Virus record (IMG/VR): IMGVR_UViG_3300033148_004210
Coordinates: 1 to 64,000 of that record
From: a virus
Length of the DNA stretch: 64,000 nucleotides
Direction: 5' to 3' (one strand)
Shown piece by piece: positions 18,898-29,678 of this stretch. Below the pieces are notes generated by a model, which was given only the letters and a program-made list of their open reading frames with translations, was not told the DNA's origin and did no database searches. Made by a program: the position numbers and the translations under genes. Each line of letters starts with the position of its first letter. Position 1 is the stretch's first letter.

Positions 18898-21435
18898 ATG
18901 ATAAATGCTCGCCAATATCTAATTTCATTTTTAGCGACCATATCGGGACATAGAGCTGTTACGAGTGGTTTGACTCAAATGGAACGAGGAACAAAAGGAT
19001 ATGCCACTGCTACTGGTAAATCGACAATGCGAACCCAATCCTTTAATGATATGTTAAATAAAGCCACTAAAAGGGCTTTGATTGTTGCTCCAGTATGGAT
19101 GATGTTAAGAACTATTATGATGGGATTTGTTAGAACTATAGGAGATATGGTAAGAGCTGGTTTGGATTTAGAAGAAGGTATGGCTAGAATAAAAACAGTT
19201 GTGCATGGAACTGCTTCTACAGTAAAAGCAGATTTAGTAGCTATCAGAAGTCAAATTTTAACTACTGCTACGGATTCTAGAATAAGTATAAAAGAATTAG
19301 CAGAAGCTTTTTATTTTCTTAAAACAGCAAGTTTATCTACACAAGAGTCTATGTCAGCCTTTAAAGTCGTTACAGATGCTATGGTAGGCACAGGAGTAAA
19401 AGCTAAAGAAATGGCTAGAGCTGTTGCTGGTATATATAATACGATGGGGCAATATATGAATAAAAATTTAACTATTGCCGAAAAAATGACAAAAATTGGA
19501 GATGCTTTAACATATACTTATGCGACTCAAGATGTTGAAATGAGTGAGTTAATAGCTGGTTATACCAAATTTGCTCCATATATTTCAGGATTGACTGATG
19601 ATATTACTGAAGTTATAACTGTTTTAGGATTTTTAAATACTAAAATGTTAAGAGGTTCGAGAACAGGAAGATTATTAGGTAGAGCAGTTTTACAAATAAC
19701 AAAAAATTCAAAACAATTAGCCAGTGTATTTAACATTACTTTTGACCCCGATAAGCCCGTTAAATTTTTAGATGTTATTTCTAAAGTTACTAAAGCTATG
19801 GGAGCAACCACTAAATTAACAGAAAAGCAATCAAGAGCATTACAAACTGTTTTTGCTACTAGGGGTGGAGTTCCTATTAGATTATTAATTCCTCATTTTG
19901 ATGCTTTAATACATACTTTAAAACTCGCCGAAGAAAATATGTCAGGGTTTAATGAAAGAATGAAAGAAATTAGGATGCAAACTGTAATGGCTCAAGCTGA
20001 AAGATTTGGAAATATATTAAAAGTTATGGCAATTCAGTTTGCCGAAGGCTTATTTGGGGCTGGAACAATGGCACAATCTTTAAAAGAACTTAACGATACT
20101 TTTCAAGGAGGGGTTTCAGTAGCTAAAGCATATGGAGATAGTATAGGATATATATTCACAGAATATGCTAGAGTAGCATTATTATTATCTCAATTTACTA
20201 AAGCAGGAATTACTGTTGCCGATATATTAAATCCTGGTATGTTAGGAACAAAATACAAAGAAATAGGAGAAGCTGTTGAAAATATCATAAAAATGTTTGA
20301 TGAAGGTGAGGTTGGACATCTTACTCCAGATGAATTTTTAAAGAAAAGAATAGAGCAGGAGCAAAAGGAAGCAGATATAATTAAAAAAAGAGAAGCATCA
20401 ACTAAACTTAATTTAGATAGATTAAAAGAGGAAAAAGATATATTAAAAAGTAATGTTAAGATTATGAAAACTTTTGGAGCACATGCTTTAGATATTGCTA
20501 AATATAAAAAAGAATATTATGAAACTTTAAAAAAGGAATTAGCAGAAAGAAGTGAAAATATAAATCTTGCAGAATATGATTTACAAATAGCAGATGCTCA
20601 ATTAGAAATATTAGAAGCCGAAATTAAATATAGAAAAGAAATTCAAGATTTAGTGAGAGGAACAGGAATTCAAATTTTACAATCTATAGGTGCTTCCGAA
20701 TCTCAAATTTTAGAAATAAAAATAAGACAATTAGAAGCAGATAAAGAATCAATGGGAAATACTCAATATTTGCTTAATTTCGATAAATTAAGATTACAAC
20801 AAGTGGTGGCATTACAAAAAGAGAAAGAAAAAGAACTTCAAACTGCAACTAATCTTGCAATGCAATATGAAAAAGCAGATGCAATGGAAAGGTCTCGTTT
20901 GAGAAGAATGATGGAATTGAGGGGATTATCTCCAGAAAAATTAACAAAACAATATGAAGAAGATATGTATGATAGAACTATTATAGAGGAATATTGGAGC
21001 AACTTTTCCAAAGAAGGACAACAAGCTATAGGAGAAGTTATTAGAAAGATGTATGATTTACCAGAATCTCCTACAGGAGGTCTTGGAGAAGTTCCAGATA
21101 ATTTAACAGATATTTTTGCTCCTACAGGTGCTCATCGGTATTGGGATGAATGGACAACTCGTTCTAGAGATGCTTTAAAAGAATTTGGAGATGAATGGGT
21201 AAAATTAGGAGGTTTAGGTGGGGGCTTGGGTGCAGTAGGTAAAACCACCAGAGATAGAATTGCAATTAACCAAAAAGTAGATATGAGCACAACTATAGAA
21301 AATATAGAAGTTAAATTACCAAAAAATGCGTTAGATAAAGTAGCAGAAGAAGCTTCAAAAAAATTCAAAGAATTTTTAGAAAATGACGAAGCTTTCCAAA
21401 AAAGGACTGCGAATCTTTTAAGACCGTATCTATAA
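18898..21435 (+). CDS. Tape measure protein (TP901-like core)
   Basis: 845 aa helical; LEEGMARIKTV...ELAEAFYFLKTA...GSRTGRLLGRAV core motifs. Confidence 0.85.
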   Translation: MINARQYLISFLATISGHRAVTSGLTQMERGTKGYATATGKSTMRTQSFNDMLNKATKRALIVAPVWMMLRTIMMGFVRTIGDMVRAGLDLEEGMARIKTVVHGTASTVKADLVAIRSQILTTATDSRISIKELAEAFYFLKTASLSTQESMSAFKVVTDAMVGTGVKAKEMARAVAGIYNTMGQYMNKNLTIAEKMTKIGDALTYTYATQDVEMSELIAGYTKFAPYISGLTDDITEVITVLGFLNTKMLRGSRTGRLLGRAVLQITKNSKQLASVFNITFDPDKPVKFLDVISKVTKAMGATTKLTEKQSRALQTVFATRGGVPIRLLIPHFDALIHTLKLAEENMSGFNERMKEIRMQTVMAQAERFGNILKVMAIQFAEGLFGAGTMAQSLKELNDTFQGGVSVAKAYGDSIGYIFTEYARVALLLSQFTKAGITVADILNPGMLGTKYKEIGEAVENIIKMFDEGEVGHLTPDEFLKKRIEQEQKEADIIKKREASTKLNLDRLKEEKDILKSNVKIMKTFGAHALDIAKYKKEYYETLKKELAERSENINLAEYDLQIADAQLEILEAEIKYRKEIQDLVRGTGIQILQSIGASESQILEIKIRQLEADKESMGNTQYLLNFDKLRLQQVVALQKEKEKELQTATNLAMQYEKADAMERSRLRRMMELRGLSPEKLTKQYEEDMYDRTIIEEYWSNFSKEGQQAIGEVIRKMYDLPESPTGGLGEVPDNLTDIFAPTGAHRYWDEWTTRSRDALKEFGDEWVKLGGLGGGLGAVGKTTRDRIAINQKVDMSTTIENIEVKLPKNALDKVAEEASKKFKEFLENDEAFQKRTANLLRPYL

Positions 21436-21454
21436 TATTTTAAGGAGAAAAAAA

Positions 21455-21868
21455 ATGGATTATACTGTAAAAATTACATTTCTTGAAGATAGCACAGGTT
21501 CTGTAGATTATGATTTGCCTTATGTATTTCATGTAACCGACCCTCATCCTGGTATGAAAGCTACTGTTATTCATGGGACTAGAGGAGATGGTTCTATAGT
21601 AATCGAAGGTGGTAAAAAAAGCCAAGAAATTATTGTAAGAGGAAAATTATTCGATACAGATGGATATAAAGATTTAACTACTTTAATAAACGAGATGAGA
21701 ACAAAACTTACAACGGAAGTGGCAACTTTAACTATGAAACATAATGATGGTGGATGGGTAACTGATTGGCAATACACTGTCCGACGTATTGAGGAGATTA
21801 GATTCCCAAAGAGCTATCGAACCCAAAGCCAAGATTATGAAGTCAGCTTTTTAGTGTTGGCATATTAA
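21455..21868 (+). CDS. Putative distal tail protein
   Basis: Immediately after tape measure; GGKKSQEIIVRG pattern. Confidence 0.5.
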   Translation: MDYTVKITFLEDSTGSVDYDLPYVFHVTDPHPGMKATVIHGTRGDGSIVIEGGKKSQEIIVRGKLFDTDGYKDLTTLINEMRTKLTTEVATLTMKHNDGGWVTDWQYTVRRIEEIRFPKSYRTQSQDYEVSFLVLAY

Positions 21869-21886
21869 TTTTATAGGAGGAAATAA

Positions 21887-22522
21887 ATGACAAATCTAAC
21901 TTTACGGGTAAACAAAGGAGATGCTGATACTGCTTATGGAGAGACAGGAGCAGATTATATTAATGCAGACCTTACAAATGATTATATTATTTGGACTGCT
22001 GGAAGTTCTGCGGTAGCGGATGGGCAAGATGAACCTACTGAAGACGAATTAAATCAAGCTTATTCTATAATTACCGATAGCGACCTTACAGTTGCACATT
22101 GTTTATTTTTCGATTATAGTGGAGATGTGTTAGAAGATGTAGAAGGTATGGGATTAAATAAACGATACGTATTTTGTTTTTCTTTTGATGGAGCAACTGC
22201 AAGTGAACCACAATTGGAAGCTTGGGACGATTCTGACCATGATTCCATTGATAAACATGTTCTTGGTGTAGAAACTGGTGAAGATTCTTTTGTAAAGGGA
22301 GTTTGCACTACTTTAGGATTACCTGGAGCAGATTGGGTTGGAGACCCTATTGCAGGAACTGATGTATTGTTATTAAATAATACTAATGGTGCTTTAAGTG
22401 CTTTAGCTACTGGAGAAACAAGTCAAGAATTATATGCTAATTTAAAAATTGTTATTCCTGCAAACTATAGCACTCCTGCAATTGAAACTTTTGTATTAAC
22501 AGTGCGATATACTTGGATGTAA
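21887..22522 (+). CDS. Acidic virion structural protein
   Basis: SD GGAGG; acidic, beta-rich. Confidence 0.5.
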   Translation: MTNLTLRVNKGDADTAYGETGADYINADLTNDYIIWTAGSSAVADGQDEPTEDELNQAYSIITDSDLTVAHCLFFDYSGDVLEDVEGMGLNKRYVFCFSFDGATASEPQLEAWDDSDHDSIDKHVLGVETGEDSFVKGVCTTLGLPGADWVGDPIAGTDVLLLNNTNGALSALATGETSQELYANLKIVIPANYSTPAIETFVLTVRYTWM

Positions 22523-22532
22523 TAAAGGAGAA

Positions 22533-22916
22533 ATGATGAAATCTTTATACACAGTAATATTTGAAGACGGAAGTAATTATCTCGGAGGAAATTATCAAAA
22601 TACTGGATGGATGGATATTCCTAATAAACCTATTAAAAGAATAATATATTCTTTACCAAATGGCGATAACTTGGTTTTAAATGGTTATGACGAATATTTT
22701 CATTATATTGAAGTTACACAAAACATAATGGGCAAAAACTCAGGAAAAATGAGACTTGAATCCGCTAATATTTTAGGATTGAAAAATAATATAGTAACGA
22801 GTTATAAAATAGCATTATTTCAAAATTCTGAACATAAAATTGGAGAAATAAAAAAAGAAATTTTTAATAAAAACGATAAAAAAATAAAACAATTAAATCC
22901 TTCAGGATGGAAGTAA
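22533..22916 (+). CDS. Hypothetical protein
   Basis: ORF track; SD AAGGAG. Confidence 0.5.
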   Translation: MMKSLYTVIFEDGSNYLGGNYQNTGWMDIPNKPIKRIIYSLPNGDNLVLNGYDEYFHYIEVTQNIMGKNSGKMRLESANILGLKNNIVTSYKIALFQNSEHKIGEIKKEIFNKNDKKIKQLNPSGWK

Positions 22917-23657
22917 ATGAAAGAATATCTTAAAAAACATTATTGTATAGAATCTAATTGCAACAACAAAATTTGTTATTCTACTTTTCTTTATGGGAGT
23001 AAAAAATGTAGAAGTTGCTCAAATAAAGGAAGAATTGTTACAGAAGAAACTAAGAAAAAAATAATTAAAATACATACGGGTTTGAAGCGTTCCAAAAAAA
23101 CTTGTAAAAATATTAGCGACTCTTTAAAAGGAAAATACAAATATAATATTTCTAAAGAATTTTTGATTAAAGAATATATAAAGAAGAATAAATCAATGAA
23201 AATAATAGCAAAAGAGATAGAATGTAGTGAAGCCACTATTTGTTATAGAATGAAAAAATACAATATTCTGCGGAGAAATAGGTATGAAGCAATGAAAGGA
23301 GTCCCTAAATCAAATAAAGGTAAAAAACATCATTGGTATGGGAAAATTATTCATGGCAAATGGGGGAAATATAAAGGGATTTATATGCGGTCTTCTTGGG
23401 AAATATTATATGCTAAATATCTTGATAAACAACATATTAATTGGCAATATGAACCTATAGCATTTGAATTGGATAATACTACTTATACACCAGATTTTTA
23501 TTTACCAGAAAAGAATAAATATATAGAAATAAAAGGTTATTGGAGAGACGATTCCAAAAAGAAATTTAATAAATTTAAGGAAAAATATCCAGATAAAGAT
23601 ATTACAGTATTAATGAAAACAGACTTAGAAGAATTGGGAATTTTAGAAAAAAAATAA
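22917..23657 (+). CDS. Free-standing PD-(D/E)XK endonuclease (T7 endo I/TnsA-like) with HTH module
   Basis: MRSSWEILYAKYLD...WQYEP...YTPDFYLP...IEIKGYW. Confidence 0.8.
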   Translation: MKEYLKKHYCIESNCNNKICYSTFLYGSKKCRSCSNKGRIVTEETKKKIIKIHTGLKRSKKTCKNISDSLKGKYKYNISKEFLIKEYIKKNKSMKIIAKEIECSEATICYRMKKYNILRRNRYEAMKGVPKSNKGKKHHWYGKIIHGKWGKYKGIYMRSSWEILYAKYLDKQHINWQYEPIAFELDNTTYTPDFYLPEKNKYIEIKGYWRDDSKKKFNKFKEKYPDKDITVLMKTDLEELGILEKK

Positions 23658-23684
23658 AACAAAAAAAACAAGGAGGAAAAAATA

Positions 23685-24140
23685 ATGAAAGATGGAATTA
23701 AATTAACAGGTGATGTCGTAATTGAACGACGAAGAAAAGATGGTTCAGTTATTGATAGGGAAGAGTTGAAAAATCTAATTGTAAATTCTGGCAAAGAAAG
23801 AGTTGCTAGACTTATTGCCGAAGGTGTCGGAACTGGTTTAACAGGATTTAGTTATATTGCTATAGGGACAGGAGTAACTGGTGCAAATGCTACCGATACT
23901 TCTCTTGAAACAGAAGTAGAGAGAGAACTTTCTACAGTAGATTATGAAGCTAGTTATAAAGCTACTTTTGAAAAGACATTTACTTTTGAAACTGGCGACA
24001 GTTATGCCATTACCGAAGCTGGAGTTGGAGATAGTGCAAGTTCAACTGGAGATACTTTATTGGATAGGTTTGTATTTACAGCAAAAAATGTAGATATAGA
24101 TACTGACCTTTATGTGAAAATTACTATAACAGTAGCCTAA
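23685..24140 (+). CDS. Tail/baseplate-associated structural protein
   Basis: NLIVNSGK...YIAIGTG...DTSLETEV...ITEAG motif common in phage tail proteins. Confidence 0.6.
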   Translation: MKDGIKLTGDVVIERRRKDGSVIDREELKNLIVNSGKERVARLIAEGVGTGLTGFSYIAIGTGVTGANATDTSLETEVERELSTVDYEASYKATFEKTFTFETGDSYAITEAGVGDSASSTGDTLLDRFVFTAKNVDIDTDLYVKITITVA

Positions 24141-24187
24141 GATTGATTTATATTTAAATAATTCAAGTAAGGAGGAAAAGTTTTTTT

Positions 24188-26758
24188 ATGGGCTACCTTT
24201 CACAATATCCCCCTGCACATAGTGATACTTATGTAAAAGCTACAGAAACTTACAGTAGTAGTTATTACCCTTATTTTTCGACAGACCCTGCTAAATCTCT
24301 TATAGGAACAGGTGCTGATAATAAATGGTATCCTAATGTTTCAACTGTAAGTAATCAAAGATTTCATATAGATTTAGGTTCTGCAAAAATAATTAAAAGA
24401 ATATATTATGAAAATGACCATACATCAGGAAGTGCAACTGATAGAGGAGTTCAGAATTTCACTTTCTGGGGTTCGAATGAAGCTTCGGCTTTTGCAGACC
24501 TTGTGTATGGTAATGATGACGATTGGACACAATTAACTACTGGACAATCGACTTTTGATGAACACGTAGGAGCAAACCAAGCAGACCCTAAATATATTTT
24601 AGTAACTAATTCAACCGCTTATCGTTATTATGCTTTTAAATTTGTAGATAATCGTGGAGATGTTAGTTTTTTAGGTATTAGGCGTGTAGAATTACAAATA
24701 GAAGAAAGTATTCCTACCTATGAAGGCGAAGACACTCTTACTCTTTCCGATGTAATAGAGTTAAATGTTTCTTTGGAAAAAATAGAACTGTCCGATACTT
24801 TAAATTTATCCGATAATTTGAAATTTTCCGCAGAACAACAAGAAAGTTCAGATACTACTGATTTAAGTGATGAAATATCTCTTTCAATAGCAAAATCTAA
24901 TGAAGATACTTTAACTCTTTCTGATGATTTAGAAGTTTTACTTTCTAAAGATTTGGATGATACTTTAACTTTAAGTGATGAAATAACTGTAGCTACTATT
25001 GAAGAAGCTAGTTCAAATATTTACAATAAATTTGGTATGGTTAATGGAGTTTTATTGGATGTTGATAATAAAATAGGATTTATTGGTAGAAATCTTTCTG
25101 ATATAAATAATAAAGTGGGTTTTCTTAAATCTTGGCAAGTTGCTGGAGATGCTGGATTTCAATCTTTAGGAAAAACATATATAAAAGTATATATAGATAG
25201 TGTAGAACAAACAGATGTGGATATAGACAGTATAACAATATCAAAAATTCTTAATGGGTCTCATTCTGCTAATTTTATATTGGGAAGACCTTATGATAAT
25301 AATAAACCTTCTCAAGAATCTGTAGTAGAAATTAAATATCATACTTGGACTTTATATAAAGGATATATAACTCAAATAACTCCTACCAATAACCCAGATT
25401 CAATAAAAATAATATGTCAAGATGAATATTGGAAACAAAATAAAACGAAACAGTATTTTTATATTGGACATAAACCGACTGATAATCAAGAACTTTATTA
25501 TAATCATATATCGGAAGGATTATCTGTTTGTGGGGTTAATTTTGGTATAGGGGGATTTATACCACAACCTATAAATTGTTTTGGAACAGGGACTTCAGAA
25601 TGTATTAGTAATTTAGTAACAAATTCAGGCAATTATGCTTGGTATTATGATGTGGACGGTAGTAAAAAATTATGGACATCAGGACAAGGAGATATAATTA
25701 ATTTAGAAAAACAAGAGATAGGTAAAAATTTAGGTTTATATCAAGTATTACGACATTCTTTTAAAGAGTCTATAGAAAATATAGTAAATAAATTTAGAGT
25801 TCAAATGGGCGATAAAGTTATAAGGAGATTTAATAATTCTGGAGGAACTAAAGAATATACAGGTCATGAATATGAATATTTTTATGGAGGAGCTTCTTCG
25901 GCTTGGGATTCTACCTATGAAAGATTAGCCCAAAATTCAGACGATGGACATGGAGTGTTTCATCATCCTGTTTCTCAAAATGATTTATATGAAGATGTAT
26001 TTACAAAATATTATTTACCTACTTTAAATTCTACTTTGGAATCTTGGACTGATAGATTTCCTCCTTTAGTTAAATTAATGATTCCTTTTGGTTTTTGGAA
26101 ATGTTCTTTTGGAGATTTTAAATGGTATGATGGTTCAAAAAGAATAACAGAAGGATTTACTATTGATTATGAATCAGGGACATTGACATTTAACGAACCT
26201 GTTTATATTTTCCAAACTAACGAAAATGGAGAAATGACATCAATTAGAAAACCTACTATTACATTACAATTATGGAAAGAAAAATATTATTCTAATACTG
26301 AAACACCAAGTGACAATCCAGCTACAGATATATCAAATCCGTTAATGTTTTTTACTGATAAAATGGGAGATTATCCTGAAACTATTATGGAAAATTTGGA
26401 TTTAGGAGGATTAAGTATTCAAGTAGGAAGTTGGTATATAGCTGAACAAACAGATGAACAAACTACATGGAGACTTGTTCCTTCTTGGAATGATACTTTA
26501 TTTGCTACGGATTATGCTAACTGGCAATTAAGTAAAAATTGCGATAAAAAAGTTAATGGGTCTATAGATTTAACAATAGATACCATACAATTTTATGATA
26601 TAACTTTAGATAAAAGAATAATGATAGATGGTATAATAGAAAATCCTTTAAATATAATAGGAATTACTTATAATATCGGAAACTGGAGAGCAAGTGTTCA
26701 ATTAGAAAATGGTAGATATTATAATCGCACTTCAAGTATCCAATCGAGAGGAGAATAA
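24188..26758 (+). CDS. Tail hub-like protein with N-terminal discoidin (F5/8-type) domain and DTLTLSD repeats
   Basis: FHIDLGSAKIIKRIY...NFTFWGSN...YRYYAFKF; five DTxxLSD repeats; hub-like C-terminal part (LYKGYITQI, IVNKFRVQ). Confidence 0.6.
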   Translation: MGYLSQYPPAHSDTYVKATETYSSSYYPYFSTDPAKSLIGTGADNKWYPNVSTVSNQRFHIDLGSAKIIKRIYYENDHTSGSATDRGVQNFTFWGSNEASAFADLVYGNDDDWTQLTTGQSTFDEHVGANQADPKYILVTNSTAYRYYAFKFVDNRGDVSFLGIRRVELQIEESIPTYEGEDTLTLSDVIELNVSLEKIELSDTLNLSDNLKFSAEQQESSDTTDLSDEISLSIAKSNEDTLTLSDDLEVLLSKDLDDTLTLSDEITVATIEEASSNIYNKFGMVNGVLLDVDNKIGFIGRNLSDINNKVGFLKSWQVAGDAGFQSLGKTYIKVYIDSVEQTDVDIDSITISKILNGSHSANFILGRPYDNNKPSQESVVEIKYHTWTLYKGYITQITPTNNPDSIKIICQDEYWKQNKTKQYFYIGHKPTDNQELYYNHISEGLSVCGVNFGIGGFIPQPINCFGTGTSECISNLVTNSGNYAWYYDVDGSKKLWTSGQGDIINLEKQEIGKNLGLYQVLRHSFKESIENIVNKFRVQMGDKVIRRFNNSGGTKEYTGHEYEYFYGGASSAWDSTYERLAQNSDDGHGVFHHPVSQNDLYEDVFTKYYLPTLNSTLESWTDRFPPLVKLMIPFGFWKCSFGDFKWYDGSKRITEGFTIDYESGTLTFNEPVYIFQTNENGEMTSIRKPTITLQLWKEKYYSNTETPSDNPATDISNPLMFFTDKMGDYPETIMENLDLGGLSIQVGSWYIAEQTDEQTTWRLVPSWNDTLFATDYANWQLSKNCDKKVNGSIDLTIDTIQFYDITLDKRIMIDGIIENPLNIIGITYNIGNWRASVQLENGRYYNRTSSIQSRGE

Positions 26759-26761
26759 ATA

Positions 26762-26980
26762 ATGGGAGAAAAAACCTACAAACAAAAATTTAAAGAAATA
26801 CAACAACAATTAAAAGAAAATAGAGCTTTGCTTGATGATATACTTAATAATATTGAGGATAAAAAAGCAAAACCTCATTCTAAAGTAAAAAGTCAATCAA
26901 AACTTGGTAACATGGATATGGTTTATGATGCTAAAACTGGGTTATGGAAATCGCATGCAATATATAAGGACGATGAGTAA
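26762..26980 (+). CDS. Small coiled-coil virion-associated protein
   Basis: ORF track; MVYDAKTGLWK. Confidence 0.45.
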   Translation: MGEKTYKQKFKEIQQQLKENRALLDDILNNIEDKKAKPHSKVKSQSKLGNMDMVYDAKTGLWKSHAIYKDDE

Positions 26981-26982
26981 AA

Positions 26983-28023
26983 ATGTCAAAAGATAGATGT
27001 CCTAGATGTTTCAGTGAATTAAATGTTACAGGAGGATACACAGATGACCCGATTTTAACTCCAAAAGGTGAAGCAGGGGATGATTATAAAGGATTTACTG
27101 ATATAAAACCTATACATATACAAGAATTGCAAACTCTTAGAGCACAACAAGAAATAGATGCAGGAATTGCAGAAGAAGATAGAACTACTTTTACAGAAAT
27201 AGATACTACACATAATTTAGTTAATTTTTATAGAAAACATCTTTTAGAATTACGAGAATCAACAGAGAAATTATTAACTGCACTCGGACAAACAAAAGAT
27301 ACTTATTTTAATTACGACGAAGAAGGAACAGAATATAATATTGGAGAACATCAAACAGATTGGACAGACCCTAATTTAGAAACAAGAGTTAATAAATTTG
27401 TAAATATAAAGGCTTATCATATAGAAGATTTGAGACACTTTTTAATGGTAGTTTCTCCTTGTAAAAATTTATTAATATATAATGAAGATAGTGATAGTAA
27501 TACTATTCTTATGGGAACAGATACTACACCAGGTTTAGAACAAACAGGAGTAGGACATAGTTGGAATACAGAAGACGATTACGCATGTATATCTGGTGGT
27601 GGTTCGCATTATGTAAGTGGATATTATTATACTAAATATGTTTATCATTATGATGCTCAAGGTTGGAATCATAAAACTTATTCGTTAAATTCTACAAATA
27701 TAAGCCAGTTTTCACAATTTAATTTTACTTTGGAGTCTTCTGCACCTAGTGGAAATAATTTAATTTGTAATATTAAATCTACTAATGAAGAATATCATTG
27801 GACAAGAAGTTATAAATACGATGTCCATAGACATTGGGTAACAAATTATTATTCTAGATGTTATGATAGTGATTGGAATTTACTTTGGGAAATTACTCAT
27901 CCTGGAGAAGAATGGGGATTTATACCTGGAGCACCTTACCATTATTGGTATATAACTGATGTATCTGATGATATTAATGAGTATTATGATGATTATAGAT
28001 GGGGAGCTTGTTGGAAAACATAA
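26983..28023 (+). CDS. Putative tail fibre/receptor-binding protein
   Basis: Repeats IKPIHIQELQ / RKHLLELRE / IKAYHIEDLR; Tyr/Trp-rich C-terminus. Confidence 0.45.
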   Translation: MSKDRCPRCFSELNVTGGYTDDPILTPKGEAGDDYKGFTDIKPIHIQELQTLRAQQEIDAGIAEEDRTTFTEIDTTHNLVNFYRKHLLELRESTEKLLTALGQTKDTYFNYDEEGTEYNIGEHQTDWTDPNLETRVNKFVNIKAYHIEDLRHFLMVVSPCKNLLIYNEDSDSNTILMGTDTTPGLEQTGVGHSWNTEDDYACISGGGSHYVSGYYYTKYVYHYDAQGWNHKTYSLNSTNISQFSQFNFTLESSAPSGNNLICNIKSTNEEYHWTRSYKYDVHRHWVTNYYSRCYDSDWNLLWEITHPGEEWGFIPGAPYHYWYITDVSDDINEYYDDYRWGACWKT

Positions 28024-28037
28024 AAGGAGGACAAAAA

Positions 28038-28250
28038 ATGGCTTGTAAAAACTGTCCAGAGAATAAAAAATATATAAAACCAGATAAAACTGAATTAGAT
28101 ATTTTGTTACAGCAATTCGAAGAGCAGAAAATAAATAATAAACAATTAAAACAAAAAATTAAAAATTATATACAAGAAACGATAATAGTATTATGTCCTA
28201 AATATAAAAACTGCTATTTTATTGATTATTTAAACAAAAATAAATTTTAA
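28038..28250 (+). CDS. Small Cys-containing protein, last gene of the + arm
   Basis: SD AAGGAGG, MACKNCPE...CPKYKNC. Confidence 0.55.
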   Translation: MACKNCPENKKYIKPDKTELDILLQQFEEQKINNKQLKQKIKNYIQETIIVLCPKYKNCYFIDYLNKNKF

Positions 28251-28732
28251 TATAATTCTTTTACGGTAAGATTTTTAATAAGCTTGCTGTTATCAATATC
28301 GGCTGGTGTAACGAGTAAAGGATTCTTTCCTTTCTTAAAATAAAAACCTACCTTACTTAAACAATTAGCAATCATTCCTGAACAACTCATTACAGGTTTT
28401 CTTCTTGCATATCCACAACCTATCAATAATAATGTCCAGAAAAATTGAAAGTAAGACCTGTCTTTTTTATATCCTAATCCTATTTTTATAGCTTTATCGA
28501 TGTCTTTCCTTTTGATTTTTTTAAGACGTAACAATTTTACTTTACAATAAGGTCTTTTGTAATATTTATTTATAGGACGAGTTATTAGACCATAACTTCT
28601 TAATTCGAATAATTGAGTATCACTTAAACACCAACAGGCATGAGTCCATTTACTATGAGTAAACCAAGAAATTATCCAAGACAAAGGGTCTATATAATTT
28701 CGAACTAATAGTATATCTCCCTTACGAATCAT
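28247..28732 (-). CDS. Permuted papain-like NlpC/P60 amidase (YiiX/YaeF family)
   Basis: GDILLVR...SKWTHA (His) precedes SCSGMIA (Cys); TPADI ending. Confidence 0.75.
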   Translation of the reverse strand: MIRKGDILLVRNYIDPLSWIISWFTHSKWTHACWCLSDTQLFELRSYGLITRPINKYYKRPYCKVKLLRLKKIKRKDIDKAIKIGLGYKKDRSYFQFFWTLLLIGCGYARRKPVMSCSGMIANCLSKVGFYFKKGKNPLLVTPADIDNSKLIKNLTVKELY

Positions 28733-29397
28733 TTTAATTTCTCCTTTATATATTGTCTTAAAAGAGTTTGGTCAAAAGTTTTTTTATTCAACATTTTATA
28801 AAAAGTCGTATAGTCTATTTTTTCGAAAGTATTTATTTTTGAGTTAGGACTTACATTATATATTTTAACTCTCTTCTCTTTAGCATAAGGAGCAAAATCT
28901 CTATCAGCTCTTCCCTTAGTGCCATAATAGTTTATTTTACCTCGTCCTTTATGCTCTATATTCTCATAATAATGAGTATTCGCCCTACCTTTATTATCTT
29001 TACCTATTCCGCAAAAATCATAACCTAAAAGAAAAATTTCCCCAACATCAAGTAAATATATTGCTAAACTTAAAGCATAGTAACCCGAAAGACTGCCTTT
29101 ATAAACTCCTTTTCTAACATCTCTATTATAAGAAGAAACTGTTTTTAATTGTATAGTATTGGGAGGTAGTTTTTTACCTGTTTTAGTAATTATTAAAGGA
29201 AATTTATTAAGAGCTTCTTTATTTCTATCGTAAAATTTATAATCTAACCATACTTGGAAAGTAGGGTTTTTTAAATGGCGATAGGAATAATTTATTCCGA
29301 TAACAAACTTATTTTCGATACTAGACCATAATTGAGGCAAAGCTTGTTTGATTGATGACCCTCCACCGACAATAACACATTGCGTTGGTCTATTCAT
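28729..29397 (-). CDS. Maf/DUF115 (MptE-like) glycosyltransferase-related protein
   Basis: CVIVGGGSSI...VIGIN...SGYYALSLAIYL...EIFLLGYD...IYNVSPNSKINTF. Confidence 0.65.
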   Translation of the reverse strand: MNRPTQCVIVGGGSSIKQALPQLWSSIENKFVIGINYSYRHLKNPTFQVWLDYKFYDRNKEALNKFPLIITKTGKKLPPNTIQLKTVSSYNRDVRKGVYKGSLSGYYALSLAIYLLDVGEIFLLGYDFCGIGKDNKGRANTHYYENIEHKGRGKINYYGTKGRADRDFAPYAKEKRVKIYNVSPNSKINTFEKIDYTTFYKMLNKKTFDQTLLRQYIKEKLK

Positions 29398-29408
29398 TTT
29401 TTATCTCC

Positions 29409-29678
29409 TTAAAATATTAATAACATCGCAAAAAGAGTTAAAGTAGAATAAGGTATTATTTCACTCCAAGTCAGACTTTTTCCGAAAATTGTAACACTTC
29501 CTAATGTTCTCCAACTTAATAAAGCGAAAACCGAAGTTGTAATTATACTTCCTATAATATATACAATCCAATTTGATTTTATTATAGGTATAGTTAAAAA
29601 AGTCAAACAAGACATTAATCCTATTGTTCCTCTTGTCATACAGTTTGTTAATAATAAAATTTGTTCTTTTTTATTCAT
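29409..29678 (-). CDS. Membrane protein, probable C-terminal half of a split gene
   Basis: About three hydrophobic helices; ATG overlaps the endonuclease stop. Confidence 0.5.
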   Translation of the reverse strand: MNKKEQILLLTNCMTRGTIGLMSCLTFLTIPIIKSNWIVYIIGSIITTSVFALLSWRTLGSVTIFGKSLTWSEIIPYSTLTLFAMLLIF

